Assembly: GCA_977017575.1 (NCBI GenBank)
Contig: CDRNVI010000053.1
Location: forward strand, 744,001 to 808,000
Direction: 5' to 3'
Length of the DNA: 64,000 nt
Source of the DNA: Paramoeba atlantica
Lineage: Eukaryota > Protista > Discosea
Shown here: piece by piece, positions 60,567 through 64,000 of the stretch
How positions within the stretch are numbered: the first letter of the stretch is position 1
Layout of the letters: every line of letters begins with the position of its first letter
Made by a program: the position numbers and the translations under genes
Notes under the pieces: model-generated
Database searches by the model: none
What the model was told of the DNA's origin: nothing
What the model saw: the letters and a program-made list of their open reading frames with translations, nothing else

Positions 60567-61664
60567 ATGCCCGACAATGATAAACCAGACGAAGAACTTA
60601 TAATACAAGTACTCCGCTCTGAAAACTATTATCACGTTTTAGGTGTTACTGTTCGTGCAACAGAGGAAGAGCTACGCGTGGCTTACAAAGAACGAGCCTT
60701 GCGACTTCATCCGGATAAAAATAAACATAAAAAGGCAGAAGAGGCATTCAAACGAGTTGGTCGTGCGTACGCAACACTTCGTGATCGAGAAAAACGAAGA
60801 GCATACGATATGGGTTCATCATCTCCTGATACTCCCGCACGCAGGAGTTACGCATTTCGCTCCTCATCACAGATTCCGCACTCTGATGAATTCTTCTTTC
60901 GACTTTTTGAAGAAATGTTTTACGGGGGAAACGGAGGAATTTCACCTGAAAACACACTTCGTTCGTTTTATTTTACACAACAGTTCGACTCTCCTTTCGT
61001 TAGGAGGCGTTCATCGGTTGGTACAGAGCAGACACCACATTATGGCGTAGGAGGTGCATTTCTTCATCAAGTTTTGCCGTTCATTCTGTTTCTTACCGCT
61101 TTCTTATTGTCGAAAGGGATTTTACTTGAACCTACCTCTTTTTCAAGCGAGCCACACCGGGTTCCATCCTTTAGCTTACAAAATCAGACCGGCTATTCAC
61201 ATCTCATGCGTACATCAACGCTAGGATCAGGCACCCATCTCATTTATTACACAGACGAAAAAGTTCCGGACCCAAAAACCTCAGCTGACCGCCACATGCT
61301 TCGTACTTTAGAGGATCAGGTCCTTCGAGAAACTTTTGATTCGTTAGAACTTTCTTGTGCAATTCAGCAATGGGAACGATTTGAAGTGGAAGAGCGCCGG
61401 ATATCTCACCTTTTCAAGGATTCGACTTCCGACTCGGAAAATGCAACTCAATCAGTTAATGACAAGCAATGGGCGCATGAACTCCTGCTAGATCTGGAGC
61501 GGTACCAGGCACTGGCCCCTTCCCTCTCACAGCTCAATCAAACGGTACTGGAAGGTAGCACTCGAAAGCAGTGCCGAACTGCCGCTAGATATAAAACCGT
61601 AGTGCGGAGTCAATGCGATGCTTGCGGGCGGTTAGATTCCTTACGGCGATCACTAACGTATTAG
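60567..61664 (+). CDS. J-domain membrane protein, DNAJB12/14-like
   Basis: ENYYHVLGV...LRLHPDKNK...AEEAFK, one central TM segment and a luminal C-terminal region. Confidence 0.85.
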   Translation: MPDNDKPDEELIIQVLRSENYYHVLGVTVRATEEELRVAYKERALRLHPDKNKHKKAEEAFKRVGRAYATLRDREKRRAYDMGSSSPDTPARRSYAFRSSSQIPHSDEFFFRLFEEMFYGGNGGISPENTLRSFYFTQQFDSPFVRRRSSVGTEQTPHYGVGGAFLHQVLPFILFLTAFLLSKGILLEPTSFSSEPHRVPSFSLQNQTGYSHLMRTSTLGSGTHLIYYTDEKVPDPKTSADRHMLRTLEDQVLRETFDSLELSCAIQQWERFEVEERRISHLFKDSTSDSENATQSVNDKQWAHELLLDLERYQALAPSLSQLNQTVLEGSTRKQCRTAARYKTVVRSQCDACGRLDSLRRSLTY

Positions 61665-61901
61665 ATCGGTACGGTTTTTCTTGGGGAACGAGAAATTTTT
61701 GCTTCAGAATTGCGCACTACAACTACGCAATTCTCTGTTCTTTCTAGTATAGTGCAATTTTTTTTCTTTTTTGGCTTCTTGCATCTCAAATTACTACTGT
61801 TGGTGATGTCTAATCGTTTCAACACGCTTTTCATATAACGGAATGTGTTTGTGATTCATAAGTATTCTTAGATCCTCTTTTATTTGCATATCATTTTTTT
61901 A

Positions 61902-62447
61902 ATGTCGAATGATATATCGCAAACCTTGTCTCGAATTCTGGCAGGGAGGAATCATTTTGAAACTCTTGGCGTCATGAACATTGACGCATGTACTGCGGAC
62001 GAAGTTAAAAAAACATACAGGCGTTTAGCTGCGTTCGTACACCCTGACAAATGCACCGACTCTAGAGCCCACGAAGCCTTTTCAAAAATTGAAAAAGCGG
62101 CCAAGATATTGATGGACGAGGGCACACTTTCTCGCATTCGAGACCAAATACGAAGAAAACGGTTGCGAGAGGAAGAGCTCGGAGATTTTGATCCTTCTAT
62201 GCGAAATAAATCTTCAGGCACAAGATCCGCGTCAGTGTCGGATGCTCTCGAGCAGGCTAAGCAAAGGCAGGAGACAGAGACCTACAAACGCATGCTTCGT
62301 GAGCAGCGTGAGCGTGCAGAACACAAAAGAAATTTGAGTCAAAGAAAACAGGAGGACAAAGTTCTCAATGAACAACTTGGCAAAAATCTACGGAATTGGA
62401 AATCTCATCAGCACAAGCACTCAATTCACAGGTCTGGGTTTCTTTGA
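61902..62447 (+). CDS. J-domain protein, DNAJC8/Spf31-like
   Basis: KKTYRRLAAFVHPDKC...AHEAFSKI followed by a charged coiled-coil and RNWK. Confidence 0.8.
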   Translation: MSNDISQTLSRILAGRNHFETLGVMNIDACTADEVKKTYRRLAAFVHPDKCTDSRAHEAFSKIEKAAKILMDEGTLSRIRDQIRRKRLREEELGDFDPSMRNKSSGTRSASVSDALEQAKQRQETETYKRMLREQRERAEHKRNLSQRKQEDKVLNEQLGKNLRNWKSHQHKHSIHRSGFL

Positions 62448-62601
62448 TACGGTTGCTTACGCTCAATGCACGATTAGGTTAATAAAAAATGGGTTGAAAA
62501 TAATTAAATTTGAAACTCACATCAAGGTGGAGCAAAAGAAAATATTTATTGACACTTAATTAGCTTTGCTTTTTTTGCTCAAGAAATTATTCTCGGAGTG
62601 C

Positions 62602-63246
62602 ATGCCCCGCTTTTATTCTTCTCCGAATATTTTGGCTCCACACATTCGTCCTCGTAGAGCTTTTACTCTTCCCGTTATGCATACTATAGAGAAGCCATAC
62701 TGGCAAAAAATCAAAGATTCTTTGGATGAGCATCATGACAGCAACTGTGCACTTTGTAAGGTAGGCTTCTTTCCCTTTTATTACTACGACGTTTTCGATT
62801 TTTGCGCACCAGAAAAGGGAAAGGGCGGTTTACACGGACAACAAATTCTTCGCAAAATTTTGCCCGTTTGTTTTGATTGTCTCACTGTGTGTAACTTAGG
62901 GTATGGTCCCGATACGTACCAACCACGTTTGCCTAGCGCAGTTGATCTTCACCTACAAATTGACCGCTACCTTGATCACATTAGGAAGTTTCGCGGGATT
63001 TCTGAAACAGAAGCCATGGAAGAGCTTGAAAAGACACGTGGGATTCAGGAAGACTTTTCTGACGTCGAGAAATGGGAGTACAGTGTGACGGAAGAGTTTG
63101 AACCTGTGTTGCGGAAAGGTTTGTCTACGCGCACTAGCAAAAACTACAAAGAGTCGATTCTCTCCTGTTTACTGCGGGGCGATATTAAATGCCTCAAACA
63201 GACTCATAAATTTGATAACTATTTTGCTTCACGTCCTTGGTGGTAA
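62602..63246 (+). CDS. Hypothetical protein with two CxxC pairs, HNH-endonuclease-like pattern
   Basis: YWQKIKDSL...CALC...YDVFDF...QILRKILPVCFDCLTVCNLG...DHIRKFRGISETEA...KWEY. First ATG at 62602. Confidence 0.55.
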   Translation: MPRFYSSPNILAPHIRPRRAFTLPVMHTIEKPYWQKIKDSLDEHHDSNCALCKVGFFPFYYYDVFDFCAPEKGKGGLHGQQILRKILPVCFDCLTVCNLGYGPDTYQPRLPSAVDLHLQIDRYLDHIRKFRGISETEAMEELEKTRGIQEDFSDVEKWEYSVTEEFEPVLRKGLSTRTSKNYKESILSCLLRGDIKCLKQTHKFDNYFASRPWW

Positions 63247-63653
63247 TTGAAAATTTGGCATCATGTTTGAAAATATTTCCGATCAAAATTGCATGGTAAG
63301 TTTGATCTTCACACATGTACTTATTTATTTCGCCCTTTTATAAGTGCTTCTGTTTTGTGTGAACTATATCTTATTTGAACTACCTGCTCAATATTTCCAT
63401 TGTAGAATTCCTTTTCAAGATCTATTCGAAGCCATAAGATGTTGGACTTGCTTAAAATGTCACTTGTATGGGTCGAAATGAAATGCATGATTCTTAGATC
63501 TTCCCAATAACCTTTGTTCAATTTCGAATTAGCTCTTGAATGCGCATTTTTTTCTTTTCTTGATTATCATCACACCTGATCACATACGATCTTCCCCTAC
63601 ATTTTTTCAAAGCTCTTTTTTCTTTTCTTCACCACACTCGTACTTTCTCTCCC

Positions 63654-64000
63654 ATGGGTCGCCGTCCCTTCCGCTGCTACCGTATGCAAAAGAACAAGCC
63701 CTACCCCAAGAGCCGTTTCTGTCGTGGTGTCCCGGATGCCAAGCTTCGTATTTATGATATTGGCAAACGTCGAGCTGGGGTTGAGGAGTTCTCCCACACC
63801 GTCCACATCGTATCCATGGAGAAGGAGCAAATCAGCAGCGAGGCACTCGAGGCTGCGCGTATCCAGTGCAACAAGCACTTGGTGAAGACCGCTGGCAAGG
63901 ACGGGTTCCATATTCGCATCCGTGTCCACCCCTTCCATGTGCTTCGCATTAACAAGATGTTGTCCTGTGCCGGGGCAGATCGCCTGCAGCAAGGCATGCG
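63654..64000 (+). CDS. RPL10: 60S ribosomal protein L10 (uL16/QM), 3'-partial
   Basis: Not in the ORF track because it runs off the window. [35 protein letters not shown]...[10 protein letters not shown]...[24 protein letters not shown]. Confidence 0.97.
   Translation, partial: MGRRPFRCYRMQKNKPYPKSRFCRGVPDAKLRIYDIGKRRAGVEEFSHTVHIVSMEKEQISSEALEAARIQCNKHLVKTAGKDGFHIRIRVHPFHVLRINKMLSCAGADRLQQGM

Noticed and set aside
1-64000. Stop-codon reassignment or introns
   Set aside because: Conserved genes are continuous and end at TAA, TAG or TGA at expected positions. In-frame stops occur only in evident pseudogenes.

Overview
Eukaryotic, gene-dense 64-kb window with no introns seen. About 34 host genes all lie on the + strand, and no strand switch occurs. 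This unidirectional layout, together with MRP2/gBP25 (a kinetoplastid gRNA-binding protein), GP63/leishmanolysin and STT3, indicates a kinetoplastid polycistronic unit. An expanded family of short LRR proteins and a Merlin transposon suggest a Perkinsela-like (Prokinetoplastina) lineage; this is inference, not a database result. Housekeeping genes include importin-beta, LIG1, SPF45, NAC-alpha, RPN10, a DDT/PHD/WHIM protein, eIF2B-delta, RFC3, Tim17, PA2G4, STT3, an RTEL1-like helicase, TFIIH p62, RPL31, SCC1, PDH E2, three J-domain proteins, a STE kinase and RPL10. They are interrupted by four islands of DNA-transposon debris (6.9-8.2, 17.5-19.6, 27.1-28.9 plus 39.7-40.9, and 46.9-51.2 kb). 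These islands contain a Merlin element with TIRs and TSD, several TA-flanked MITEs, nested insertions, Tc1 remnants retaining only the DNA-binding half, and LRR pseudogenes. The most unusual signals are: recurrent C-rich to G-rich synonymous-codon flips inside genes; a TACATGTA palindrome concentrated just downstream of stop codons; a 3.4-kb Tc1-like interval enclosing an LRR pseudogene; an HNH-like protein; and a PPR-like/S4/pseudouridine-synthase-like fusion. All assignments come from reading motifs by eye; no searches were run.
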